A stretch of 64,000 nt of DNA from Methanobacteriota archaeon. Lineage in GTDB: Archaea > Thermoplasmatota > Poseidoniia > Poseidoniales > Poseidoniaceae. Location: contig JAYOBJ010000006.1 in assembly GCA_038104845.1 (NCBI GenBank), positions 10,994 through 74,993 of the forward strand, in the 5' to 3' direction. Position 1 is the stretch's first letter, and every line of letters starts with the position of its first letter. The notes under the pieces are model-generated. The model ran no database searches. It worked only from the letters and a program-made list of their open reading frames with translations, and had not been told where the DNA came from. Position numbers and translations under genes: made by a program. Shown here in pieces: positions 1-8,215 of the stretch.

Positions 1-108
1 GCCCACACTTCACCGACTTGACTGAGCCTCTATGAAGACTCTTCTCGAGGCAGCGTCTAAGAACAGGGATTGGGATAGATTGATGGCGAGCGAGCATGGG
101 GGGAAACC

Positions 109-1017
109 ATGCACGGTGACCATCTCGTGGGCGTGGTCATCCCAGCACGCAACGAGCACCGATTCATCCAAGTTGTCCTCGAACGGCTCCCCACGTTCGT
201 GGACCTCGCTGTCGTGGTGGACGACGGGTCGACCGATGGCACGGCTGACCGGGCCCGGGCAGCAGCAGCATCCGTGAACATCGAGGTGATTCAACTCGGC
301 GGAGAGGGCGTGGGTGCGGCGATCGACGCCGGCCATCGCCTTCTGCTTGAGATCTGGGATGAACCCTTTGTCAGTGCGGTGATGGCAGGCGACGGTCAGA
401 TGGACCCCGATGATTTGCTCAGGGTCATTGAACCCGTCATCACCGGACGAGTGGATCACGTGAAAGGCGACCGCACTTCGGATGGCTTTCGGGGGATGCC
501 GGCCAACCGTCGGTGGGCCACAGCCGTGTTGTCGTTTTTTACCACGCTGGCGTGCGGTCAGCGGATTCATGACCCCCAGTGTGGATTCACAGCAACACAC
601 CAAAGGGTGTTGGCGAGTTGGGATTGGGGGCGTTCCTGGCGTGGGTACGGCTACCCCAATCACTGGCTCATACATCTCGCAAGTCAAGGCTATCGAATCG
701 GTCACGTTCCGGTAAAATCGGTGTACGGCGATGAAGTTTCAGGCATCGTCAAGCGTCGTTTTTTTCTCAGTGTTGGCTGGATGATGGCGGTTGAACACCA
801 TCGCCGCAACCTGAAATGGCTCATCCCACACCGAGCAGCTTGGGCGTCGTACCTTGCGCTGACGGCATACATCTCGGGTTGGTTCGCATGGGCAACGTTG
901 CCTTCGGCAGGATGGGCGGCGTCGGTTGTGGCCGTCGCGAGTTGGACCACCGCACACCTCTTTGACCGGTGGGCCGTGGTGATGCGCAGAAAGGGGGCTC
1001 GAGATGCGGCGATTTGA
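109..1017 (+). CDS. Family-2 glycosyltransferase (dolichyl-phosphate sugar synthase-like) with C-terminal membrane helices
   Basis: ATG at 109. N-terminal VVIPARNE...LAVVVDDGSTDGT is the GT-A nucleotide-sugar binding signature. The last ~70 aa are hydrophobic (WASYLALTAYISGWFAWATL...). Confidence 0.8.
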   Translation: MHGDHLVGVVIPARNEHRFIQVVLERLPTFVDLAVVVDDGSTDGTADRARAAAASVNIEVIQLGGEGVGAAIDAGHRLLLEIWDEPFVSAVMAGDGQMDPDDLLRVIEPVITGRVDHVKGDRTSDGFRGMPANRRWATAVLSFFTTLACGQRIHDPQCGFTATHQRVLASWDWGRSWRGYGYPNHWLIHLASQGYRIGHVPVKSVYGDEVSGIVKRRFFLSVGWMMAVEHHRRNLKWLIPHRAAWASYLALTAYISGWFAWATLPSAGWAASVVAVASWTTAHLFDRWAVVMRRKGARDAAI

Positions 1018-1333
1018 CCGACGGCGCCAACCAAGAACCGCCCACGCACGCCATATTTTGGTCAAGTCAAAGCCCCAAGCCTTGACACTGCTTGAGGAAA
1101 TCCAAACCGCGAAACGCCCGTTTCGAAGGTTCAAACGCCTGGCGAAAAAGCACTCGACCTGCACCTCTGCCCGAAAAGGCGGTGACCTCGGTGAGTTTCG
1201 GGAAGGACAGATGGTGCAAGCCTTCGAGGACGCTGTGTGGGCCACGCCACCGGAATCGGTTCCGACATCCTTCGTCAAAACCCAATTTGGGTACCACATT
1301 GTGTGGGTCCACAGCGTGACTGTACCTGAATGA
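1004..1333 (+). CDS. Parvulin-type peptidyl-prolyl cis-trans isomerase
   Basis: 109 aa. HARHILVKS..., GGDLGEFREGQMVQAFEDAV and FGYHIVWV match the parvulin/PpiC rotamase core. Overlaps the upstream gene by 14 nt. Confidence 0.8.
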   Translation: MRRFDRRRQPRTAHARHILVKSKPQALTLLEEIQTAKRPFRRFKRLAKKHSTCTSARKGGDLGEFREGQMVQAFEDAVWATPPESVPTSFVKTQFGYHIVWVHSVTVPE

Positions 1334-1411
1334 TGGTGGGCGTACCAAGATTTGAACTTGGGTCCAAGCGTCCCAAACGCCCGAGTATAGGCCAAACTAA
1401 CCCATACGCCC
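1334..1411 (-). tRNA. tRNA-Pro (anticodon UGG), CCA encoded
   Basis: Reverse complement is GGGCGTATGGGTTAGTTTGGCCTATACTCGGGCGTTTGGGACGCTTGGACCCAAGTTCAAATCTTGGTACGCCCACCA. It folds with a 7-bp acceptor stem, a 5-bp anticodon stem with loop TTTGGGA (anticodon TGG, G37), T-arm CCAAG/TTCAAAT/CTTGG and discriminator A followed by CCA. Confidence 0.85.
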
Positions 1412-1444
1412 TTGAGTCGTCCCATGGCGTTCAGCATTTGAACT

Positions 1445-1885
1445 TCACTCAATGAACCGCCAGCGACCGTGGCCCAAGCGGAGGACCAAGCCCTCACCCT
1501 CAACCATCGCCATGACATCATCCACCGTCTCATCGACCTCCATGGTCCTCAACACCCCATCAACAGCGGAACGAACGAGTACCTCCGAAGCATCGGCGGC
1601 CTCGCGAAGCGCCTCAAGCAGGGAAGCGGGTGACGCAGCATCGGCATCGGGTCGCCCAGATTCGCCCATCCGACGTGCCAGTTCTTCCCGCAGTTCGTCG
1701 GGCGTGTTCGCCAAAGCAACGGCCCGCTGCAGGTCGCCTGCATTGGCTGCATACGCCACCACTTCGGCATCGCGAGGAAACGCCTGACCGCACCGTGAGC
1801 AGGTTCGCGGAGCTTGGCGATGGCCAGTGCACCGGCCACAAGCGGCGCACCTCACCACCATCCAGCGAGATTCAGCCACGGCCAT
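1445..1885 (-). CDS. Zinc-ribbon protein, function unknown (resembles haloarchaeal DUF5817-type proteins from memory)
   Basis: N-terminal CAACGR...(12)...CSRCGQ Cys4 ribbon, followed by an acidic/Ala-rich region and a small C-terminal domain. I prefer the ATG at 1885; the track start at 1894 is GTG. Confidence 0.5.
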   Translation of the reverse strand: MAVAESRWMVVRCAACGRCTGHRQAPRTCSRCGQAFPRDAEVVAYAANAGDLQRAVALANTPDELREELARRMGESGRPDADAASPASLLEALREAADASEVLVRSAVDGVLRTMEVDETVDDVMAMVEGEGLVLRLGHGRWRFIE

Positions 1886-1890
1886 GCACC

Positions 1891-2532
1891 TCACAGGGTG
1901 AAATCGGTGCCTTTGTTGGGTTGACCGGGTCGGCGGGCCGGTGCTGCTGGCGCTTTGGTGTCCACCCGCTTGGGAGGTTCGGAAGCGGTGCGTGTCAAGC
2001 CGCCACGTATTGGGCCGGTTCGGGTCCGTGCACCAAGGGCAAGTGAATCGGGGAGGATCAGTGCAGCCATCGCAACACCGTGGTGGTCTTGCCCCGCTGT
2101 GACCTCGTCAACCGCCATGTCAAACCGAACCACTTCCAAATCCCGACTGGCCAGCCGCCGTTGCAGGTTGCGTCGCAGAAGGATGGTGGTTTCCTCGTAA
2201 TCCAGCGTGGTGGTGATGGTGGCGACGATGGCGCATTCATCGCCTTCTGGTGTCACGCACTCGGCCCAAGCCACGCCTGCAGAAGCGGATGAACCGTTCC
2301 AAGCGTAGGCGGTGGCAAGGTGGCACTCCACAAGTGAACCCATGGGCAACGGACGTGGGGCTGCAGCACCAAACCCGAGTGGCAACATGGCCCCTTGGGC
2401 TTGGATCAAACGGACGTCACCCAGCCCAAGTTCCACCAAGCCTTGGTCAAATGCGTCCTCGGCGTTTTCGCCCCATGGAGCGACGGCGGTCATCAACCAC
2501 CCTGGGCATGCAGGGCCAGCGTTGCTTTGCAT
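1891..2532 (-). CDS. PdaD-like (pyruvoyl-dependent arginine decarboxylase fold) protein lacking the Ser-Ser self-cleavage site, with a basic C-terminal tail
   Basis: AFDQGLVELGLGDVRLIQAQGAMLP...LPMGSLVECHLATAY...GVAMAALIL aligns by eye with M. jannaschii PdaD ([25 protein letters not shown]...LPMGALVPTAYGY...AFAAAALW, recalled from memory). Possible ATG starts are 2532, 2550 and 2559. Confidence 0.55.
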   Translation of the reverse strand: MQSNAGPACPGWLMTAVAPWGENAEDAFDQGLVELGLGDVRLIQAQGAMLPLGFGAAAPRPLPMGSLVECHLATAYAWNGSSASAGVAWAECVTPEGDECAIVATITTTLDYEETTILLRRNLQRRLASRDLEVVRFDMAVDEVTAGQDHHGVAMAALILPDSLALGARTRTGPIRGGLTRTASEPPKRVDTKAPAAPARRPGQPNKGTDFTL

Positions 2533-2583
2533 GACGACGCATGCCCGCATGAGGTTCATGAACACCGTGGTGGACCGCCTTGC

Positions 2584-2862
2584 ATGCGCGTTGGGCCACG
2601 TCACCTGCTCATCGTGGCTTCCCTCGCCTTGGCCGGCATCATCGGCACAGCAGCCTTGCAACGGGGTGCGTGGGGGCTGACGCTCGCTTCAGGTTCAACC
2701 ACCCTTGGCCTGCTGGCCGTGTTGCTCCTGTCAAGTCGAGGACGGGCCATCGACCGTCGAACAGGTCTCAGCACCACATCATCGCCCGTGATGGGTCCCG
2801 TCGAAACGGTTCAAGAAGACCTGCCGGACCCGCTGAACCACGGGTTCGACATACCGTTTTAG
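2584..2862 (+). CDS. Small predicted 2-TM membrane protein (hypothetical)
   Basis: ATG at 2584. Two hydrophobic stretches (LLIVASLALAGIIGTAAL, TTLGLLAVLLLSS) and GC-rich third codon positions. Its 3' end overlaps the aCPSF1 stop by 4 nt (convergent). Confidence 0.3.
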   Translation: MRVGPRHLLIVASLALAGIIGTAALQRGAWGLTLASGSTTLGLLAVLLLSSRGRAIDRRTGLSTTSSPVMGPVETVQEDLPDPLNHGFDIPF

Positions 2863-4763
2863 AGCAACCGAACGGTTTCCAAATTCTTCGGCGCATAGGT
2901 GCGACACTTGTAGCGCTCGCGGAGCGTGTGACCCAATTCGTTGCACTTCTGGTAGTCCCCATGGTGGCAGATGATGTTGCGCGGTGGTGGGTTGAGTTGA
3001 TCGACAAACTCCAGCAGTTGCCGGCGGTCGGAGTGCCCTGAAAAGCCGTCGATGGTGACCATTTCGCAACCGATTTTCACGATTTCCGTCTTGCCATTGA
3101 TCAGCATCGGCACCTCACCAAAGCCCTTCTGAAGGCGGCGACCCAGTGTCCCCTCAGCTTGGTAGCCCACAAAGCACAACGAGTTGCGCTCCTCATGGGC
3201 CCAGTTCTTGAAGTACTCCATGACAGGGCCGCCGTTGAGCATACCCGAGGTGGCAAGCACGATGCAAGGAGAACTGTCCATGATGATGCTCTCTCGCAAC
3301 TCGCGACCTTTGACCGGCCGGAACCACTCGCTGGTGAAGGGGTTCTCCCCGTCATCCTTCAACAACGATCGGCTCAAGGACTTCGTGAGGTATTTTGGAT
3401 GCGAGGCATGAATGGCCGTGGCCTCCTGAATCATCCCATCAAGCCACACCGGCACCGGCTTCACAGCACCCGAACGGAACAGTTCATCGATGGCGATCAT
3501 CACCTCTTGACTGCGTCCGACGGCAAAGACAGGGCAAATCATTTTGCCACCTCGAAGGAGGGTCCGCTGAACGATGTCCTGGAGTTCTTGGTTGGCTTCT
3601 TGGCGCGATGGCTGGTAGTCGCCCGAGGCTCCGTATGTGGATTCAATCACCAACGTCTCAACACGTGGGAAGCGGGTGTTGGCTGCGTCAAACAACCAAG
3701 ATTTCTCGTATTTCTGGTCGCCGCTGAAGACGATGTTGTGCTTCCCATCGGCCACGTTCAAGTGGACCGCTGAGGAGCCGAGGATGTGACCGGCGTTGGA
3801 AAACGTCAATTTCACATCGGGTGCGATGTCGGTTGTCTCACCCCAATCCACGTCAACCACGTGCTTCATGCACATGCGAATGTCTTCCATGTCGTAGGCA
3901 GCGCGCTTGCCTTCCGCACCGCCGACCTTGATGTAATCGGTTTGGAGCAACAACATCAGGTCACGCGTGGGCGGTGTGCAGTACACCGGCCCACGGTAAC
4001 CGTACTTGAACAACACAGGGAGCATGCCCGCATGGTCAAGGTGGGAGTGCGTCAAAACGACCGCATCGATTTTCTCCAACGGCAACGCTTCGGGAGCGGT
4101 GAAGTACGGCATGGGGTCGGTGTCTGAAGCGATGTTGACACCCACATCGATCATGATGCGGGATTCGTTGGTGGTCACGAAGTGGCAGGCACGGCCCACT
4201 TCTCGATAAGAGCCCAATGCGGTCACACGGGCCCAGGTTGCACCGGGCCGGGTGGGGCGGTGGATGTTGAGGCCGAAGTCCTTGAGCAACTTCCGTCGTT
4301 CTTCGGCGTTGTGCTGCCGGTAGGTCCGGATGTCGTGCACGGTTCGGGAAAACAAGGGAGGCGTCCGCTCAACGTTCACGCTCCAACCCGTCGCATCCCG
4401 AATGGCCTTGAGGTGCTCGCCGCGACGGCCCACGGCCGTGCTGGGTTGCTTGCACTGGATGATGACTTCACCGAAACAACCGTCGAAGTACATCTCGGTG
4501 ATTTCAGCGTCATCGGGGATCAATTCCTCGATGAAGGCTTTGGTGTCGTCCATGCTCTTCATTCGGTCTTGAGGTGTTCGAAGGACAATTTTTCGCTTGA
4601 TGCGCTTGGCAATCTTTCCGATCAGGCCGTCGCTGCCGCTGAATGTGTTCATGTCGGTTGTCAAGATGGCGATGTTTCCACCTTCCAAATCGACAGTGTA
4701 TTCAACGCCGCGTGGGACCATCTTGGCGATTTCATCCTTCAGTTCTTTGTAGGTCATGCGCAT
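2859..4763 (-). CDS. aCPSF1/FttA: KH-domain beta-CASP metallo-beta-lactamase ribonuclease (archaeal transcription termination factor)
   Basis: N-terminal KH-like region, the HSHLDHAG metallo-beta-lactamase motif, beta-CASP region and C-terminal GHSD...HGD. ~635 aa, as in archaeal CPSF73 homologues. ATG at 4763; the track start at 4772 is GTG. Confidence 0.95.
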   Translation of the reverse strand: MRMTYKELKDEIAKMVPRGVEYTVDLEGGNIAILTTDMNTFSGSDGLIGKIAKRIKRKIVLRTPQDRMKSMDDTKAFIEELIPDDAEITEMYFDGCFGEVIIQCKQPSTAVGRRGEHLKAIRDATGWSVNVERTPPLFSRTVHDIRTYRQHNAEERRKLLKDFGLNIHRPTRPGATWARVTALGSYREVGRACHFVTTNESRIMIDVGVNIASDTDPMPYFTAPEALPLEKIDAVVLTHSHLDHAGMLPVLFKYGYRGPVYCTPPTRDLMLLLQTDYIKVGGAEGKRAAYDMEDIRMCMKHVVDVDWGETTDIAPDVKLTFSNAGHILGSSAVHLNVADGKHNIVFSGDQKYEKSWLFDAANTRFPRVETLVIESTYGASGDYQPSRQEANQELQDIVQRTLLRGGKMICPVFAVGRSQEVMIAIDELFRSGAVKPVPVWLDGMIQEATAIHASHPKYLTKSLSRSLLKDDGENPFTSEWFRPVKGRELRESIIMDSSPCIVLATSGMLNGGPVMEYFKNWAHEERNSLCFVGYQAEGTLGRRLQKGFGEVPMLINGKTEIVKIGCEMVTIDGFSGHSDRRQLLEFVDQLNPPPRNIICHHGDYQKCNELGHTLRERYKCRTYAPKNLETVRLL

Positions 4764-4839
4764 GGTGTTCACCGTTTCTCCCGCGTGGCATCACCGATGG
4801 AGGCTGCAGCGAGGTGCTGCAACGCGGGAACGGTCATGC

Positions 4840-5460
4840 TCACTTGAGCAGTTTGTCAATCTCGTCCTGCGAGACTTGTTGATAGCCCGAACCGGGCGTG
4901 ATGACGGCGAGGTCCATGCCGTTGCCGGAGGCCGCATCACGCTGTCCTGACGCTCGGAGTGCCCGGGCTGCAAGATTTAAGGCCTCCGCTTGTGTCATGT
5001 TTTCCTTGAATCCGTCTTCCAACACACCGTACATGTAAGGAGAGCCGGAACCGGTGGCGCAGTAAGTGTCGGGAATGGAACCACCAGCGGAGTCGATTGA
5101 ATACACGTGGCCCCCGTCTGCATCAACACCAACGATGAGCAGCTGGACCCAGTGCGGGCGGCCTGAGAGAATGTTGGCCGTGAGCGTGGCCGCACCCTTG
5201 ACGGTCATGGGCTGTTGGCGACGCAGCTCGAACAGAGCGACTTCCGCAGCGAGCGTCCTGGAGAGGGATTGTGCGTGGCCCACCAAACCGGCGGTGGTGA
5301 GGGCAAGGTTGTCGCCGATCTTGAACAACTTCTGCACGCTCTTGTTGGCGATGAAATGGCCCATTGTTGCACGGTGGTCTGCACCAACCACCACGCCACC
5401 CTTGAAGGTGATGCCAACGGTGCTGGTACCGGTCTTGAGGACGCCTTGTTGCTCGGTCAT
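4840..5460 (-). CDS. psmB: Proteasome subunit beta
   Basis: MTEQQGVLKTGTSTVGITFKGGVVVGADHRAT: a short propeptide followed by the TT(V)G active-site threonine region. 206 aa from the ATG at 5460. The upstream part of the 316-aa track ORF has no protein-like features. Confidence 0.95.
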   Translation of the reverse strand: MTEQQGVLKTGTSTVGITFKGGVVVGADHRATMGHFIANKSVQKLFKIGDNLALTTAGLVGHAQSLSRTLAAEVALFELRRQQPMTVKGAATLTANILSGRPHWVQLLIVGVDADGGHVYSIDSAGGSIPDTYCATGSGSPYMYGVLEDGFKENMTQAEALNLAARALRASGQRDAASGNGMDLAVITPGSGYQQVSQDEIDKLLK

Positions 5461-5543
5461 GGTGTCCACTCCACCGTGACACTCTTTGAACCTTGAGGCC
5501 ACACCTCCTGCCCTTCGGCGTAGGGCTTCGGGTGGGAGCGTTG

Positions 5544-6194
5544 ATGTACGGTGGCTCTCATGCCAAAACCGTGCGACGCCGACGGAACGCAAAACGGGAC
5601 GAAGGCCAAGCTTCGTTGGATGCGTTTTCAGCCGAGGCGCACGACGCAACACCGAGTTCAACGACCGCTGCCATCCCACCGATGGTCGACCTCGACCGAC
5701 TTGAGGCAGCGCAACATCAACTCGAGGGCGAGGCCAACGTCCAACATGGGTCCGTTGAGGGCGATGGACCGCGAGAGTTTGCCATGCCAAGCCTCAGCGG
5801 CGAGGGGCGGCCCAATGTACCGGTCACATCCACCATCACCTTTCACGACCTTGAACGCCAGTACCCTTCGGCACCGGTTCCAGCCATGGCATCGGGGACC
5901 GTCATCCACTACGCCACGCTGAGCGACCTGACGGGGTGCGACACCGTCATGAATTGGGTGGCGGACGGCCATGCGGTGCTCATCGACATGCAGCGGTTGA
6001 TGGCTCGGCACACCGAATTCACCCAGACCTTGAAGCGGCTTCAGGAGTTTGTTGAGGGCGACCTCAACGGAACCATCCTCAAAATGAACGAAACGAGGGT
6101 GATGTGTTTGCCGGAGCAATGTCGCGGTGTACGCGGCACCGAAATGGAGGCCTTCGCTGGTGAACAACACGATGATGTTGGGGTGTTTGAATGA
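5544..6194 (+). CDS. sepF: SepF-like cell division protein with a long N-terminal extension
   Basis: The C-terminal ~90 aa (VIHYATLSDLTGCDTVMNWVADGHAVLIDMQRL...LKRLQEFVEGDLNGTILKMNETRVMCLP) follow the archaeal SepF pattern. First ATG is at 5544; an upstream in-frame TTG at 5493 is possible. Confidence 0.6.
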   Translation: MYGGSHAKTVRRRRNAKRDEGQASLDAFSAEAHDATPSSTTAAIPPMVDLDRLEAAQHQLEGEANVQHGSVEGDGPREFAMPSLSGEGRPNVPVTSTITFHDLERQYPSAPVPAMASGTVIHYATLSDLTGCDTVMNWVADGHAVLIDMQRLMARHTEFTQTLKRLQEFVEGDLNGTILKMNETRVMCLPEQCRGVRGTEMEAFAGEQHDDVGVFE

Positions 6195-6820
6195 ACGAAC
6201 AGGACATTGACCTGCCTTGCCCAGTTTGCGGTGGTGTGGGTGAGGTCAAAATGTTGACACACATCGACGAAATCCCTTACTTTGGTGAACACACCCAAGT
6301 GACCCTGATGTGCGATGCATGCTCGTGGAGGCAGACGGATTTCATCCCTGCCGAGGGCAAGAAGGCCGGCGCATGGTCCCTGCTCATCGACCGACCCGAG
6401 AAACTCACGTCCCGCGTGGTCAGGGCGTCGTCGTGCACCGTCCGAATACCGGAACTCGACCTTGCCGTGAACCCCGGCAGCAACGCCACCGGTTACGTTT
6501 CCAACGTTGAGGGGGTCCTGAAGCGGTTCCTTGACATCATCAACATGGTTCAACGCGACCTCATGGCTGCCGAAGACTCGGAAGACGCCAACACACAACA
6601 GCAACTGGCTCAATTGATCAACATGTCCGCCATCCTGACACAATTGAACGAACCGGATGCCGCACCCATCACCGTTGAGTTGCTGGACCCTCACGGCCAT
6701 TCGATGATCATCCATGAAGACGCGACCCAGCGCGACCTCACCGATGAGGAGTTGCGTGAATTGCCGGTTGGCCCCGACCCGGCCGTGTTTTCGAGCGACG
6801 ATCTTGAGCCATCAGCGTGA
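6191..6820 (+). CDS. ZPR1-type zinc-finger protein
   Basis: CPVCGG...(25)...CDACSW zinc ribbon followed by a ZPR1-like beta domain. ATGA overlap with the sepF stop. Confidence 0.8.
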   Translation: MNEQDIDLPCPVCGGVGEVKMLTHIDEIPYFGEHTQVTLMCDACSWRQTDFIPAEGKKAGAWSLLIDRPEKLTSRVVRASSCTVRIPELDLAVNPGSNATGYVSNVEGVLKRFLDIINMVQRDLMAAEDSEDANTQQQLAQLINMSAILTQLNEPDAAPITVELLDPHGHSMIIHEDATQRDLTDEELRELPVGPDPAVFSSDDLEPSA

Positions 6821-8197
6821 GTCTGGGGCGAGGAACGACGGCACGAGGTGCGCTGTTTGGTCGCGCATCTCATCGAGGTGCGACAACCAAGCCACCGCTC
6901 GGTCAATGCATGCTTGCTTCATCTCACCGGCGAGGAGGGTTCCTGCTCGATAAGCTGCGTTCAATTCAGCGAGGTAAGCGTCGTCCTCCTCAAAGAAGTA
7001 CATCATGTACTGGTACGCCACGTCGATATCGGGATTGCCGCCCAGGCGTCGATGCTCCTCGATCGTGGCTTGGCTCCCCGAAAACGCTCGCTTGATCTTT
7101 TTCTCAACCGATGCAAGGTCGTCGCGAAGAAACAAGGTCGTCTTTGGTTGGCTGCTGCTCATTTTGCTTCCCGTCAACCCGACCGCGAAGTGGTGGTAGG
7201 TGGAGGAGGGTGCGAGCAATCCCATCCCGCCCAAATCACGCTCCAACCTGAGCAACGCCATTCGTAGGCCATGACGGTCCCGTTGTGTGGCGGACGGGAC
7301 ATGAACATGCCCTTGTTTCGGGCTGGAGATGATGTCCGAGAAACCAAGCGATTGGACGCATTCGACGATGCGGTCGTACACCACCGCCACCTTGGCCTTG
7401 TCAAGTCGCCCGTTGGGTTGGCGACCAAACACATGGGCGTTCTCATCGTGAATCGATGTGCTGATCAACACCCCTGATGAGGAGGCGGAACGGAGGTTGA
7501 ACCAGTTGGTTTTCGACGCCAGTCCCCGCGTGAGGCGAAGGTGAGGGTCCTGATCAACGCCGACGGGCACGACAACGGGGCGCAAGCCACCAAATTCATC
7601 CAATTGAGGATGCAGGATGTCACCCACTTGGACCATGGGTGCTTGGACGTGAGCCAAGTTGGTCTCACCGCTGAAGCCGTAGATGGCTTCAAATTCACTC
7701 AGATTCGTTCGTGTGCCCAATCGAAAACCCAGCCGCTGAACAGCGTGCCGCGTGGATTGGAAGTACACCTGGGTTCGCTCGGGATCCAAGCCGAGTGCTG
7801 CGTAATGGGCGATGTATTCCTCCATGGCAACCGACCGACCCTTGGCCAGATCAATGCCGCGTGTGGCTTGACTCTCAAGATCGGCCACGGCGATGGACAC
7901 ATCAGCACCCTGTTGTTGGAACCATTTGACCTGCTCCACCACCATGGAGTGACCCATGTGCATTTGGCCGCTTGGCATCAATCCGGTCAACACGCCGACC
8001 GCACCGCCGGTCCGCTGCGCTTCCTGAACGGCTCCCATGTCTCGATGAGCAAACACGATACCGCGGCGGTGGAGTTTGGTTGGGTTGGCCATCTCAACGC
8101 CGGTCATCGGTGACAAACCAAATTGCTCAATGATTCGGTCGTAATCGGTGGATTGGGCACTCCCCCACGGGTCGATGGTGATGTTCTCCTCGCCCAT
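6812..8197 (-). CDS. trpS: Tryptophan--tRNA ligase (archaeal/eukaryotic type)
   Basis: N-terminal DPWGS...DYDRIIEQFG, a HIGH-type motif (GQMHMGH) and a KMSSS motif. Confidence 0.85.
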   Translation of the reverse strand: MGEENITIDPWGSAQSTDYDRIIEQFGLSPMTGVEMANPTKLHRRGIVFAHRDMGAVQEAQRTGGAVGVLTGLMPSGQMHMGHSMVVEQVKWFQQQGADVSIAVADLESQATRGIDLAKGRSVAMEEYIAHYAALGLDPERTQVYFQSTRHAVQRLGFRLGTRTNLSEFEAIYGFSGETNLAHVQAPMVQVGDILHPQLDEFGGLRPVVVPVGVDQDPHLRLTRGLASKTNWFNLRSASSSGVLISTSIHDENAHVFGRQPNGRLDKAKVAVVYDRIVECVQSLGFSDIISSPKQGHVHVPSATQRDRHGLRMALLRLERDLGGMGLLAPSSTYHHFAVGLTGSKMSSSQPKTTLFLRDDLASVEKKIKRAFSGSQATIEEHRRLGGNPDIDVAYQYMMYFFEEDDAYLAELNAAYRAGTLLAGEMKQACIDRAVAWLSHLDEMRDQTAHLVPSFLAPDSR

Positions 8198-8215
8198 GGT
8201 GGTCCCTGTCCTCGG

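Noticed and set aside
1334-1411. tRNA genes (also 57338-57411) as integration hot spots for genomic islands
   Set aside because: There is no integrase, no direct repeat of the tRNA 3' end and no compositional break nearby. The flanking genes are housekeeping genes.
10-1533. Minus-strand ORFs of 231 and 264 aa at the left edge
   Set aside because: They are antisense to the GT2 and parvulin genes and cross the tRNA-Pro gene. They have no motifs.
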